From the NCBI RefSeq assembly GCF_963921235.1, contig NC_086097.1, positions 237,772,001-237,836,000 of the forward strand: a DNA stretch of 64,000 nt. The letters are read 5' to 3'. Under the pieces are notes generated by a model. That model made no database searches. It was given only the letters and a program-made list of their open reading frames with translations, and was not told the origin of the DNA. A program made the position numbers and the translations under genes. Below are positions 1 to 11,364 of this stretch, in pieces (the first letter of the stretch is position 1; each line of letters begins with the position of its first letter). Source of the DNA: Mobula hypostoma (lineage: Eukaryota).

Positions 1-171
1 GGAATGCACTGCCTGAGTCAGTGGGGGAGGCAGATACACTAGTGAAGTTTAAGAGTCTACTAGACAGGTATATGGAGGAATTTAAGGTGGGGGCTTATAT
101 GGGAGGCAGGATTTGAGGGTTGGCACAACATTGTGGGCCGAAGGGCCTGTACTGTGCTGTACTATTCTATG
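1..171 (+). mobile_element. CR1-type LINE, 3' end (young subfamily)
   Basis: Encodes WNALPESV...KF...LDRYM. The 3' tail is gggccgaagggcctgtactgtgctgtactattctat. Nearly identical to the minus-strand copies at 47366-47692 and 63432-63573. Confidence 0.85.
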
Positions 172-395
172 TATATTTATTCATTATTGCTTATCATTTC
201 TTTCTTTGCAGTAAAACTGTCGCCTTTTATACACTGGTTGAACACTCAAGTTGGTTTGGTCTTTCACTGATTCTGTTATAGTTATTATTCTAGTATGGAT
301 TTATTGAATGTGCCCACAAAAAAATGAATCTTAGGTTTGTATGCAATGACATATACGTATGCACTTTGATAACAAATTTAGACTGAACTTTGAAA
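172..395 (+). mobile_element. Rex1/Babar-type LINE 3' UTR fragment
   Basis: The tail gaatctta/cagggt...gacata...tactttgataa...gaactttgaa recurs after Rex1-type coding fragments at 6145-6962 and near 46450-47278. Confidence 0.6.
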
Positions 396-431
396 CAGGA
401 ACCAGTGTTTAGTTCTGAATGTTTGAAGGAT

Positions 432-841
432 GGTGGGGCAGAGGCAAGTGTCTACCAAAGGAGATGTAAGATGCTCCTTCCCTCCGCTAGCTTGCAGGTC
501 ACCCTTGGGCAAGGAGTAACTCCTGCTTAGCCTCCCAATCAGTGTCACATGAAGCTATGGGAGCAGGTGGTGGATGGTCATATGAGCACCTGCTGCACAT
601 CACAAGTCCTGGTTATGAGACGCCAGGCAGACAATTTCTGAAGAGTATTGATAAAGGCTGTGGTTACCTGTCTTGTAAGGACACTGCCCAGGAGAAGGCA
701 ATGGCAAACTACTTCTGCAAAAAAATTTACCAAGATCAATGATAGTCATGGATAGAGAAAAGAGTAAGAACAACAGTGTGAAGTAATAGATTAAAAACAG
801 TTGAATAACCATGATCATCCACATGACATAATGATGATGAA
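432..841 (+). mobile_element. RTE-derived bipartite non-autonomous retroelement (SINE-like)
   Basis: Contains ggagaaggcaatggcaaac (the BovB/Bov-A/Sauria-SINE-type RTE motif) and a (tga)n tail. At least 7 copies occur in the window. Confidence 0.75.
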
Positions 842-1511
842 TTTAAGTTTGAATTTAAAAGTACGGCTTGCAAACAAACAGTCTTGACTATGGAACAGAG
901 ACTGCTGGCCCACAGCATGAGGCTGGCTGCTAAGAGATATGATTCGCAAAGTGTTACTTCAAGATGTTCTCATATGTTTCAGCAAAATGTTAAGCAGTGG
1001 GATCATGTTAATTGGTCTGCATCAAATCAGCAACTACAGTTTGTTATTTGCATCATTGTAACCAAGTTCACTGAAAACTGAACACCATACTGATGTTGTT
1101 ACTAGCATATCAAACATGATCACAGAAATAGCTGATCTGACAATGGTTGGGATATCTGTGTACTCAGTGAGTCAGCCCTCTCAACACTAATATTTGTTGT
1201 TTGGAATCTCCATCCTCAGATGCTTCTGGAACATCTGTGTGAATTAGCTTGTCCCAGCAAAAGTGTTTAAACCTTCAGATGTGTCTCAACTATTTACAAT
1301 GTGTTTCCACAGTAAGTATGCATGATAAAGGAACCATTTGTCAAACACAAAATATTGCAGTAAGAATCAAAATCAGAATGGGGTTTACTATCACCAGCAT
1401 GTGCCGTGAAATTTGTTATCTTAGCACCAGCAGTTCAAAGCAATATAGAGAAAAAAATAAATGAAATAATAATAATTAATAAATACATAAATAAATAAAT
1501 ACATCTATAGA

Positions 1512-2438
1512 CATCTGTTAGTCTCGTGAGACCATGGATTTGCGCCTTGGAAGGTTTCCAGGACGCAGGCCTGGGCAAGGTTGTACAGAAGACAGGCAGT
1601 TGCCCATGCTGCAAGTCTCCCCTCTGCACGCCACCGATGTTGTCCAAGGGAAGGGCACTAGGGCCAATACAGCTTGGCACCAGTGTCGTCGCCGAGCAAT
1701 GTGTGGTTAACATAGAAACATAGAAGCATAGAAAATAGGTGCAGGAGCAGGCCATTCGGCCCTTCGAGCCTGCACCGCCATTCAGTATGATCATGGCTGA
1801 TCATCCAACTCAGAACCCTGCACCAGCCTTCCCTCCATACCCCCTGATCCCTTTAGCCACAAGGGCCATATCTAACTCCCTCTTAAATATAGCCAATGAA
1901 CTGGCCTCAACTGTTTCCTGTGGCAGAGAATTCCACAGATTCACCACTCTCTGTGTGAAGAAGTTTTTCCTCATCTCGGTCCTAAAAGGCTTCCCCTCTA
2001 TCCTCAAACTCTGACCCCTCGTTCTGGACTTCCCCAACATCGGGAACAATCTTCCTGCATCTGGCCTGTCCAATCCCTTTTAGGATTTTATACGTTTCAA
2101 TCAGATCCCCTCTCAATCTTCTAAATTCCAACGAGTATAAGCCTAGTTCATCCAGTCTTTCATCATATGAAAGTCCTGACATCCCAGGAATCAATCTGGT
2201 GAACCTTCTTTGTACTCCCTCTATGGCAAGGATGTCTTTCCTCAGATTAGTGGACCAAAACTGCACACAATACTCCAGGTGTGGTCTCACCAAGGCCTTG
2301 TACAACTGCAGTAGTACCTCCCTGCTCCTGTACTCGGTTAAGTGCCTTGCTCAAGGACACTATCGCTGCTTCGGCTGAGGCTCGAACTAGCGACCTTCAG
2401 ATCACTAGACCGTCACCTTATCCGCTTGGCCATGCACC
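1512..2438 (-). mobile_element. tRNA-derived SINE split by a CR1 insertion
   Basis: Minus-strand head with A box tggccaagcgg and B box gttcgagcc, followed by gtgtccttgagcaaggcacttaacc. The body continues at 1512-1710. An uninterrupted copy lies at 12863-13161 (+). Confidence 0.8.
1711..2335 (-). mobile_element. CR1-type LINE, 5'-truncated, with 6-bp TSD
   Basis: ORFs 1982-2305 (YKALVRPHLEYCVQFWS) and 1810-2073 (NFFTQRVVNLWNSLP). Flanked by ggttaa at 1705-1710 and 2336-2341. catagaaa-type tail. Confidence 0.92.
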
Positions 2439-2449
2439 AATATAGTCTA

Positions 2450-2838
2450 TGCCTTTAGTGCTTCCACCAAAGTGTATGACAATACACTTCCCTATCCTCT
2501 ACTCCATTAGCCACTTCTTTTTCCCTTCTCCTACTTTTGTCTAAGTCCTTCTGCAGACTCCCTGCTTCTTCAACTCTTCCTGCCTCTATTGTTATTTCAT
2601 CAGAAAACTCTGCCATGAAGCCATCAATTCCATCATCAAAATCATTAACATGTGATATAAAAAGAAGCATTCCCAATACCAACCCCTCCAGAACTCTAGT
2701 CACTTGCAGTCAACCATAAAAGACTCTTTTTATTCCAACTCTGACTCCTGTCAGTCAGCCAATCATTTATCCTTTCTACTACCTTTCCTGTAATACCATG
2801 GGTTCTTATTTTGTTTAGCAGGCTCATGAGTAGCACCC
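2450..2838 (-). mobile_element. CR1-type LINE RT fragment (old)
   Basis: ORF 2455-2703 has degenerate GSVLG / NDLDDG / KFADD-like motifs. Confidence 0.75.
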
Positions 2839-4169
2839 ATGGCACATAATTTTAAGTCAATTACACCATACATATATTGAATAGATTAAAGAACATGCAA
2901 AAACAGAAATACTGTATATTTAAAAAAGTGAGATAGTGTCCAAGGGTTTAGTGTCCATTTAGGAATCAGATGGCCGAGGGGAAGAAGCTGTTCCTGAATT
3001 GCTGAGTGTGTGCCTTCAGGCTTCTGTATCTCCAACCTGATGGTAACAGTGAGAATGCCCTGGGTGCTGGAGGTCCTTAATAATGGACGCTGCCTTTCTG
3101 AGACACCACTCCCTAAAGGTGTCCTGGGTACTTTGTAGGCTAGTACCCAAGATGGAGCTGACCAGCTTTACAACCCTCTGCAGCTTCTTTCAGTCCTGTG
3201 CAGTAGCGCCCTCCCCCCATACCAGACAGTGATGCAGCCTGTCAGAATGCTCTCCACGGTACATCTATAGAAGTTTTTGAATGTATTTGCTGGCATGCCA
3301 AATCTCTCCAAACTCCTAATGAAGTATAGCTGCTGTCTTGTCTTCTTTATAACTTCAATATGTTGGGACCAGGTTAGATCCTCAGAGATCTTGACACCCA
3401 GGAACTTGAAACTGCTCACTCTCTCCACTTCTCATCCCTCTGTGAGGATTGGTATGTGTTCCTTCGCCTTACCCTTCCTGAAGTCCACAATCAGCTCTTT
3501 CGTCTTACTGACGTTGAGTGCCATGTCGTTGCTGTGGCACCATTCCACTAGTTGGTATATCTCACTCCTGTACACCCTCTCGTCACCACCTGAAATTCTA
3601 CCAACAATGGTTGTATTGTCAGCAAATTTGTAGATGGTATTTGAGCTACGCCATTGTAGCTTTTGAAATCGTATTTAATTGCTAACTGTCACTATTGTCC
3701 TCTAGAGTATAAAATATTGATGTATTTTGAGTTTAGGAGACTCTACCAAGAGCGTTTCGAAGAAAATATCTATTTGTCATAATAAATAAAGATAAGTATT
3801 CCTGAAGAAGAGTTTCAGGCTGAAAAATCAACATTTTATTCATTTCCATAGATGCAGCCTGACCTGCTGAGATCCTCCATCATTTTGCTGTTAAGACCAT
3901 AACACCATAAAATGTAAGAGCAAATTTAGTCCATTTGGCCCATTGAGTCTACATCAAGCAAGATCACCACTCAGACGATGGCTGTCGTGCTTCCCCCAGT
4001 CTTCCAATAATTTGCCAATCCAAAACACCAATTTTCTTGCAGTCAAATTTCTATTATGCTGCCGTGACCCACTGTTGCCTTTTATCCTCCGGCAGTGGAC
4101 ATGATTGAAGTCACCTCCTCTCCAAACTTCCGATGTCTGGATTGGCCACTTGTCAAATCTTTTCATGTG

Positions 4170-5625
4170 TTTCTCTGGGACATAGCTCAGTCCATCACAG
4201 GAAAAGCCTCCTGGCCATTGTGCACATCTACAAAGAGCACTACCTCAAGAAAGTAGCATCTATTATTCCGGACCCCTATCATCCAGGCCACGCTCTCTTC
4301 TTGCTGCTGTCATCAGGAAAGGGATACTGGAGCCTTAGGAGCCACTCCACCAGGTATGAGAACAGTCCTTACCCTTCAATCATTAAGCTCCTGAACCAGT
4401 GTGGATAACTTCACTCACCTTAACTCTGAACAGATTCCACAACCTTTGGACTCACTTCAAGAACACTACAATTCATGTTCTCTGTATTTCTATCTATTTA
4501 TTTATTTATTGTTTAGTATTTGGACTCACTTTCAAGGACTGTACAACTCATATTCTCAGTATAATGTATTTATATATGTATAGGAAAAATAAATAAATAA
4601 AAATAAATAAATATATATATATATATATAAAAATATATATAAATCCTTATATATATAAAAGGATCCTGGACTTCCTGTCAGATCGCCGGCTGGCGGTAAG
4701 AGTGGGCTTCCTCATCTCTGCCCCTCTGACCCTCAACACAAATGCCCCTCTTTTACTCTCTGTATAACCATGACTATGTCGCCATCCAAAGCTCCAATCT
4801 GCTAATTAAATTTGCTGATGACACTACACTGATTAGCCTAATCTCAAATAGTATTGAGGCAGCCTACAGAGAAGTCATCACCCTGACACAGTGTTGTCAA
4901 GCAAACAATGTCACAAAAACAAAGGAGCTGGTTGTGGACTTCAGGAGGAGTGGAGACAAGCTAATGCATATTGACATCATTGAATCTGGGGTTGAGAGGG
5001 TGCACAGCTTTAAGTTCTTCAGGATAATCATCACTGACGATCTGACATGGTCTGTATGTACTGTCTGTGTGGTGAAAAAGACACAGTAAAGCCTCTTTCA
5101 CCTCAGACGGTTGAAGAAGTTTGGTATGGCCCCCCTAAATTCTAAGAACTTTCTATAGTGGCATGATTGCGAGCATCCTGACTGGCTACATCACTGCCTG
5201 GTATGGGAACTGTACTTCCCTAAATCGCAGGACTCTGCAAACAGTGGTGCAGACAGTCCAGCACATCTGTAGATGTGAACTTCCCACTATTCAGGACATT
5301 TACAAGGACAGATGTGTAAAAAGGATCCAAAGGATAATGGGAGACCTGAGCCACCCCAACTATAAATTGTTCCAGCTGCTACCATCTGGTAAGCGGTTCC
5401 TCTGCATAAAAGCCAGGACCAACAGGCTCCGGGACAGCTTTTACCACCAGGGCATCAGACTGATTAATTCATGCTGATGCAACTGTATTTCTTTGTTATA
5501 TTGATGATCCTGTTGTACATAATATTTATTATAAATTACTATAATTGCACATTGCACATTTGAATGGAGACATAATGCAAAGGTTTTTACTCCTCATGTA
5601 TATGAAGGATGTAAGTAATAAAGTC
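4170..5625 (+). mobile_element. Two Rex1/Babar-type LINE fragments separated by an AT microsatellite (about 4590-4660)
   Basis: ORFs 4133-4408 (DPYHPGHALFLLLSSGK), 4742-5089 (LIKFADDTT) and 5163-5477 (SILTGYITAWYGNC...RTNRLRDSF). Confidence 0.85.
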
Positions 5626-6144
5626 TTGATTAATGATGACACTACACTGTTCAGTGTATTTCACAGTTTGTTTTATTTTGCACACTGGTTTGTGTCAGTC
5701 TTTGTATGTAGTTTTTCAGTAATTCTATTGTACTTCTTTATTCTACTGTGAATGCCCGCAAGAAAATGGATCTCAGGGTAGCATATGGTGACATAAACGT
5801 ACTTTGATAATAATGTTGCTTTGACTTTGAACTTACCTAGGTAGTGTTTAAATGCTGTGATTGTGCCTGCCTCAGCCATTTTCTCTAGTATTACATTCCA
5901 AAGACACAACATTGTTTGTGTGAAGAGCCTGTCCTGCTGTCCCTTTCAAATCTCTCACCTCTGACCTCAAACTTACAGTATGCCTTCAAGCTTTTGGCAC
6001 ATGTTTCAAAGGAAAAGGAACATATGCATTCTCCCTCGTGCTGTCTAAACACCTCACGATTAGTCAGATTGCTCCACAATCTCCTATGTTCCAAGGAAAT
6101 AAAGTCCTCATCTTCACATCCTCTCCTTGTAATTCAGGCATTGT

Positions 6145-6962
6145 AGGCTTCAGCAGAGGGAAACCAGAGGTCCATGAGGCAGTCCTCATCAGAGGGTCAG
6201 TGGTGAAGAAGGTTAGAAACTTTAAATTCCTGGACATCATTATTTTGGAAGATCTGTTCTGGACCCAGCACATAAATGCAATTACAAAGAAAGCAAAGGC
6301 AGCACCTCTACTTCTCTAGGATTCTGCGGAGATTTGACATGACTTCTAAAACTCTGACAAACTACTATGGATGTTTAGTGGATAGCGTATTGATTGGCCG
6401 CATTGCATCCTGGTATGGAAACAGCAATGCCTTTGAAAGGAAAATACTATAAAAAGCTTTGGATTCAGCCCAGTACATCATGGGTAAAGCCCCCCCCCCC
6501 CAACCATTGAGCACATCTACATAAAATGTTGTTGTAGGAAAGGAGCATCCAACATCAGAGATCTCCACCACCCTGGCCATGCTCTCTTCACTCTGCTACC
6601 ATCAGGTAGAAGGTGCAAGAGCCTCAGGACTCACACCACCAGGTTCAAGAACATTACTACCCCTCAACCATCAGGCACATACTTTTCCCATTATTGAGAT
6701 GTTTCCACAACCTACAATCTCACTTTCAAGACTCTTTATCCCATTATTGCATGCTCTCACTACTTATTGTTTGTATTAATTATTTGTATTTACATTTGCA
6801 CAGTTTGTTGTCTTACGCACTCTACTTGATCTTACATTGATCCTGTTGTAGTTACTAATCTATAGATTTGCTGAGTATGCCTGCAGGAAAGTGAATCTCA
6901 GGGTTATATATGGTGACATACACAGTATTTACTTTGATAATAAATTTTCTTGAACTTTGAAC
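6145..6962 (+). mobile_element. Rex1/Babar-type LINE 3' part with UTR
   Basis: NFKFL...EDLFWTQHINAITKKA, an HPGH-like motif, and a tail ending gaactttgaa. Confidence 0.8.
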
Positions 6963-7078
6963 ATTGCTGTGTCAAGCACCACTGCAGATTTATAGCCAAA
7001 ATGTTCTTTCTTTCATCCAGCTTTTTATGTGCTTCCTTATTTTTACTACTCTAGTTTCCAAGTTCCTTTTCCCTAATA

Positions 7079-8665
7079 CAAACCCCATTTCCAGAAAAGT
7101 TGGGATATTTTCCAAAATGCAATAAAAACAAAAATCTGTGATTTGTTAATTCACGTGAACCTTTATTTAACTGACAAAAGTACAAAGAAAAGATTTTCAA
7201 TAGTTTTACTGACCAACTTAATTGTATTTTGTAAATATACACAAATTTAGAATTTGATGGCTGCAACACACTCAAGAAAAGTTGGGATAGAGTTAAAATA
7301 AGATTGAAAAGTGCACAGAATATTCAAGTACACCAGTTTGGAAGACTCCACATTAAGCAGGCTAATTGGTAGCAGGTGGGTACAAATTAGCGTCCATCAA
7401 AGGCTCAATCTTTGCAAGCAAGGATGGGTCGTGGCTCACCCCTTTGTGCCAAAATTCGTGAGGGAATTGTTAGTCAGTTCAGAAGGAACATTTCTCAATG
7501 CAAGATTGCAGAGAATTGAGGTCTTTCAACATCTACAGTACATAATATTGTGAAAAGATTCAGGGAATTCAGAGACATCTCAGTGCGTACAGGGCAAGGT
7601 TGGAAACCACTGTTGAATGTGCGTGATCTTCGAGCCCTCAGGCGGCACTGCCTAAGAAACCGTCATGCTACAATGACAATTATAGCCACCTGGGCTTGGG
7701 AGTACTTCAGAAAACCATTGTCACTCAACACAGTCCGTCGCTGTATCCAGAAATGCAACTTGAAACTGTATTACGCAAGGAGGAAGCCATACATCAACTC
7801 TATGCAGAAACGCCGGTGAGTTCTCTGGGCCCAAGCTCATCTCAGATGGACCCAAAGACTGTGGAACCGTGTGCTGTGGTCAGATGAGTCCACATTTCAG
7901 CTAGTTTTCGGAAAAAACAGGCGTCGAGTTCTCCGTGCCAAAGATGAAAACGACCATCCAGATTGTTATCAGCAAAAGGTGCAAAACCCAGCATTTGTGA
8001 TGGTATGGGGGTGCATCAGTGCCCACGGCATGGGTGAGTTGCATGTATATGAAGATACCATTGACTCTGAGGTGTATATTAGGATTTTAGAGAGACATAT
8101 GTTGCCATCAAGGCGACGTCTCTTCCCGGGACGTCCATGCTTATTTCAGCAGGACAATGCCAGTCCACATTCTGCACGGGCTACAACAGCGTGGCTTTGT
8201 AGACACAGAGTGCGTGTGCTTGACTGGCCTGCTGCCAGTCCAGATCTATCTCCTACTGAAAATGTATGGCGCATCATGAAGAGGAGAATCAGACAATGGA
8301 GACCACGGACTGTTGAGCAGCTGAAGTCTTATATCAAGCAAGAATGGACAAAATTTCCAATTGCAAATCTACTACAATTCGTATCCTCAGTTCCAAAACG
8401 ATTAAAAAGTGTTATTAAAAGGAAAGGTGGTAACACAATGGTAAACATGCCTCTGTCCCAACTTTTGTTGATTGTGTTGCAGCCACCAAATTCTAAATTT
8501 GTGTATGTTTATAAAATACAATTAAGTTGGTCAGTAAAACTATTGAAAATCTTTTCTTTGTACTTTTGTCAGTTAAATAAAGGTTCACGTGAATTAACAT
8601 ATCACAGATTTTTGTTTTTATTGCATTTTGGAAAATATCCCAAATTTTTCTGGAAATGGGGTTTG
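7079..8665 (+). mobile_element. Full-length Tc1-family DNA transposon (IR/DR type), 1587 bp
   Basis: TIRs at 7079-7292 and 8451-8665 (about 214 bp, roughly 9 differences by eye). TA TSD at 7077-7078 and 8666-8667. The aaaagttggga direct repeat occurs at both the outer and inner ends of the left TIR. Confidence 0.97.
7424..8444 (+). pseudogene. Tc1 DD34E transposase, disrupted
   Basis: One frame from ATG 7424 (MGRGSPLCAKIRE...) with in-frame TGA at 7517-7519 and 7817-7819. Catalytic motifs WSDES, FQQDNASPH and SPDLSPTENVW, with 34 residues between the second D and the E. A probable small deletion near KRKG lets the ORF read through into the right TIR. Confidence 0.93.
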
Positions 8666-8816
8666 TATATTCGTGAGACATAGTAATAGCCTTCCATGAT
8701 TAAACTGTAATTTATAAAATTAATTTCCATGCCACTTCACACTGTTCTCTTTACCTTTGAACTTTTGCTCCTTCAAAATAAACTGGGCATAGAAACACAT
8801 TATCCCTGGAACTGAC

Positions 8817-8854
8817 CAGTCCTGATGAATGGTCTTGGCCCGAAACGTCAACTG
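8817..8854 (+). ncRNA. Minimal type I hammerhead ribozyme motif (PLE-associated)
   Basis: cagtc-CTGATGA(8822-8828)-atggtcttggccc-GAAAC(8842-8846)-GTC-aactg. Stem I is cagt/actg and the palindromic ACGT replaces helix III. Stem II has a mismatch at its base. Confidence 0.72.
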
Positions 8855-8915
8855 TTTACTCCTTTCCATAGATGCTGCCTGGTCTGCTGAGTTCCTCCAG
8901 CATCTTGTGTGTGTC
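8817..8915 (+). mobile_element. Penelope-like element pseudo-LTR fragment
   Basis: Same sequence as the 3' terminal repeat attached to the GIY-YIG C-terminus at 37947-38432 and 56712-57480. Confidence 0.85.
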
Positions 8916-9367
8916 CCCTGGTACTGCAGTGTTTTGACTGCAATAATAACTTTGAAATTTGATAATATTTCAAGTTATTGGGCTCCTTTTTTGTAAAGTC
9001 AGCAGTTTCTGTTTGATAAGGAATGTTTTTGTTGAGAAGTCAATTTCATTAAAAGTTTTGTTCTAAGAATTAGATATTTCCCCTGTGATTTGATGCCTGC
9101 ATATCAAATTCTAATATCAACGGTCAGCATTAAATTTTCCTGAGGCTACTGTGAAATACTAACTTATCCATTGAATATTGGACAGGCAAAATCTTCAGCT
9201 ATGCTAGATGCGAGGTGTTTCCTAATCAAAGGCCAAGGGCTGTTATATTTCACTGCCAAAAACATTTTAAAAGCGAACAAGTATTTTGTCACTGACTGTG
9301 AGAGTGAAAACAAATCACTAACCGTCATCAATTAAATCTTGCAAAGAAGGATTAAAATACAGATATA

Positions 9368-9468
9368 CACTGCAAAGTTCCAATGCTGTGATAAATTTTA
9401 ATCAATTTACAAGTATTTGTGCTTGGTAAATTGATTAAAACCTGCCACAATGTTGGATCTTAACAGTG
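9368..9468. repeat. 101-bp imperfect palindrome, probable CACTG-ended MITE
   Basis: cactg...cagtg termini with a 13/16 match over the terminal 16 bp. Perfect 15-bp inverted repeat at 9396-9410 / 9426-9440. Confidence 0.7.
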
Positions 9469-9740
9469 CATAACTGTATAACTGTGCTTATTTTGCTTAA
9501 ACACTGCAATAATGTTTCTGCAAACCTTAAAGTGCCTATATATATATATTCACACACACACAGCATATATATATGCTGTATATATCTATCTTCAGGGGAA
9601 ATGGGCATTTTTAAAGAATTGAAATATTAAGCAAGGTATTTTCACATGAAATTGCGTATTGTACATTAGTGAAAGTAGTAAATGGTTTTCTGTAGTTGCT
9701 TTTTCAACTCTTTAAAACACTGTTACATAAGTTTGTTGCT

Positions 9741-9778
9741 TAAACATTTTAATTAAATTAATTTAATTAAAATGTTTA
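9741..9778. repeat. Perfect 38-bp AT-rich palindrome
   Basis: taaacattttaattaaattaatttaattaaaatgttta equals its own reverse complement; all 19 pairs checked. Confidence 0.95.
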
Positions 9779-9984
9779 CCATTAAAGGTAAGCACATTTT
9801 CTGAAGTTTTAAACAGACTTCACCAAGAATATTGCAAACAAAAAGGAAAATCAAACTATTTCCTTATAAAATACTTTAACTTTATGGATTCATTTTTTTT
9901 GTGTACATCAGTTGAAGGTGGGAACTTGACCCATGATTTCACTATGTAAAACTGGTGCTCTTCTGAACAAATTGAAAGATATGA

Positions 9985-10325
9985 GAGCTTGAGGGGTCTT
10001 GACAAGGTGAATATAGAGGAAATGTTTTCTCTTCTGGGAAAATCTGGAGCTTTGGGGTCACTGGTTAGAAATATGGGGTCATCTATTTAAGATACAACTG
10101 AGGCAAAACTTTTTGTCTGAAGGACTCACCAGTCTTTGGAATTCTTTGAATCAAAGAACAATAGAAGCAGGGTCTTTGAATATTTTTGAGGTAGAGTTTG
10201 ACAAATTCTTAATCAGCAGGAGTGTGAAGGATAACCAGGGTCAGTGGGAATGCAGAGTTGAAGATACAGGCTGTGATCTTCTTGAATGGAGAAACGGGCT
10301 TGAGTTAGTGACCTAATTCTCCTCC
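9985..10325 (+). mobile_element. CR1-type LINE 3' fragment (old)
   Basis: ORF 10113-10316 (SLWNSL...EAGSLNIF..EFDKFL). Confidence 0.7.
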
Positions 10326-10807
10326 ATATCTGTGCATGTGGTGCTAATTATGTCCAAAGTGTAAACAAAACCCTAATAGAGTCACAGAATGATAGGAAAG
10401 TACAGCATAGAAACAGGCCCTTCAGTCCATCTAGTCCATTCCGAAACCTTTTTCACTGCAGACTCCCATTGACCTGCAAAAGAAACCATACCCCTACATT
10501 GCAACCTGTACCATTCCCTCCTTTGTTCAGTTTATTACTTTGAGTTCTCTGCTTTGCAGTTGTCTGGAAGGCTAACATATCTTCTCCCAACTTTTACGTC
10601 AAAAAGAATGTCATGGAAGATTTAAATGTTCTCTGGCCCAAACAAGAACAGCAGTTTGCATATACACTGACATCTCAATGGCATTTTAAAACAATAATTT
10701 CTGGTTATGTTTTAGCTCTGGTGTAATACATATCAAAGAGGCATAATTAAACAACGCACACATATACATATACACATACACACACACACTAGTTTGACTA
10801 AATTATA

Positions 10808-11364
10808 CACTCAATGCCCACTTTACTAGATACCCCTGTACACCTGCTCATTAATGCAAATCAGCCAATCATGTGTAGCAACACAATGCAAAAAAAGCAT
10901 GTAGACATGGTCAGAGGTTCAGTTGTTATTCAGACCAATCTTCAGAATGGGGAAGAAATATAATCTAGGTGACATTGTCTGTGGAAAGTTTGCTGGTGCC
11001 AGACGGGGTGGTTTGAGTATCTTAGAAACTGTTGATCTCCTGGGGTTTTCACACACAACAGTCTCTAGAGTTTATGGAAAATGGTGGGAAAAACAAAAAA
11101 GAAATCTCCCAGTGAGCATCAGTTCTGCGTGTGAAAATGCCTTGTTAATCAGAGAGACCAGAGGAAAATGGCCACATAGGCCCACTGAGGGGAAAGTGAC
11201 AGTAACTCAAATAACCACATATGTGGTGTGTAGAAGAGCATCTCTGAATGCTGAATACATCAAACGTTGAAGTGGGTGGGCTTCATCAGCAGAAGACCAC
11301 AAACATGCACTCAGTGGCTGCTTTATGAGGCACAAGAGATACCTAATAAAGTGGCCAGTGAGTG
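10808..11364 (+). mobile_element. Non-autonomous Tc1-like element (internal deletion derivative)
   Basis: TIRs cactcaatgcccactttactagatac / atacctaataaagtggccagtgagtg with TA at 10806-10807 and 11365-11366. Retains the transposase N-terminal HTH region (MGKK..GARRGGLSILETVDLLGFSHTTVSRVY). Confidence 0.88.

Larger units (their letters stand above)
1363..3652 (-). mobile_element. Rex1/Babar-type LINE, 3' part, interrupted by SINE and CR1 insertions (about 1510-2850)
   Basis: ORF 3168-3428 (ERVSSFKFLGVKISEDLTWSQH...FYRCTVESILTGCITVWYG) and KFAD near 3620. The tail at 1363-1505 and the segment at 2855-2960 match the continuous tail of the copy at 31950-32150. Confidence 0.8.

Noticed and set aside
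7871..8683. 270-aa ORF as a functional gene
   Set aside because: It is the C-terminal part of a Tc1 transposase cut off from its DNA-binding domain by two stops, and it runs into the TIR after a frameshift.
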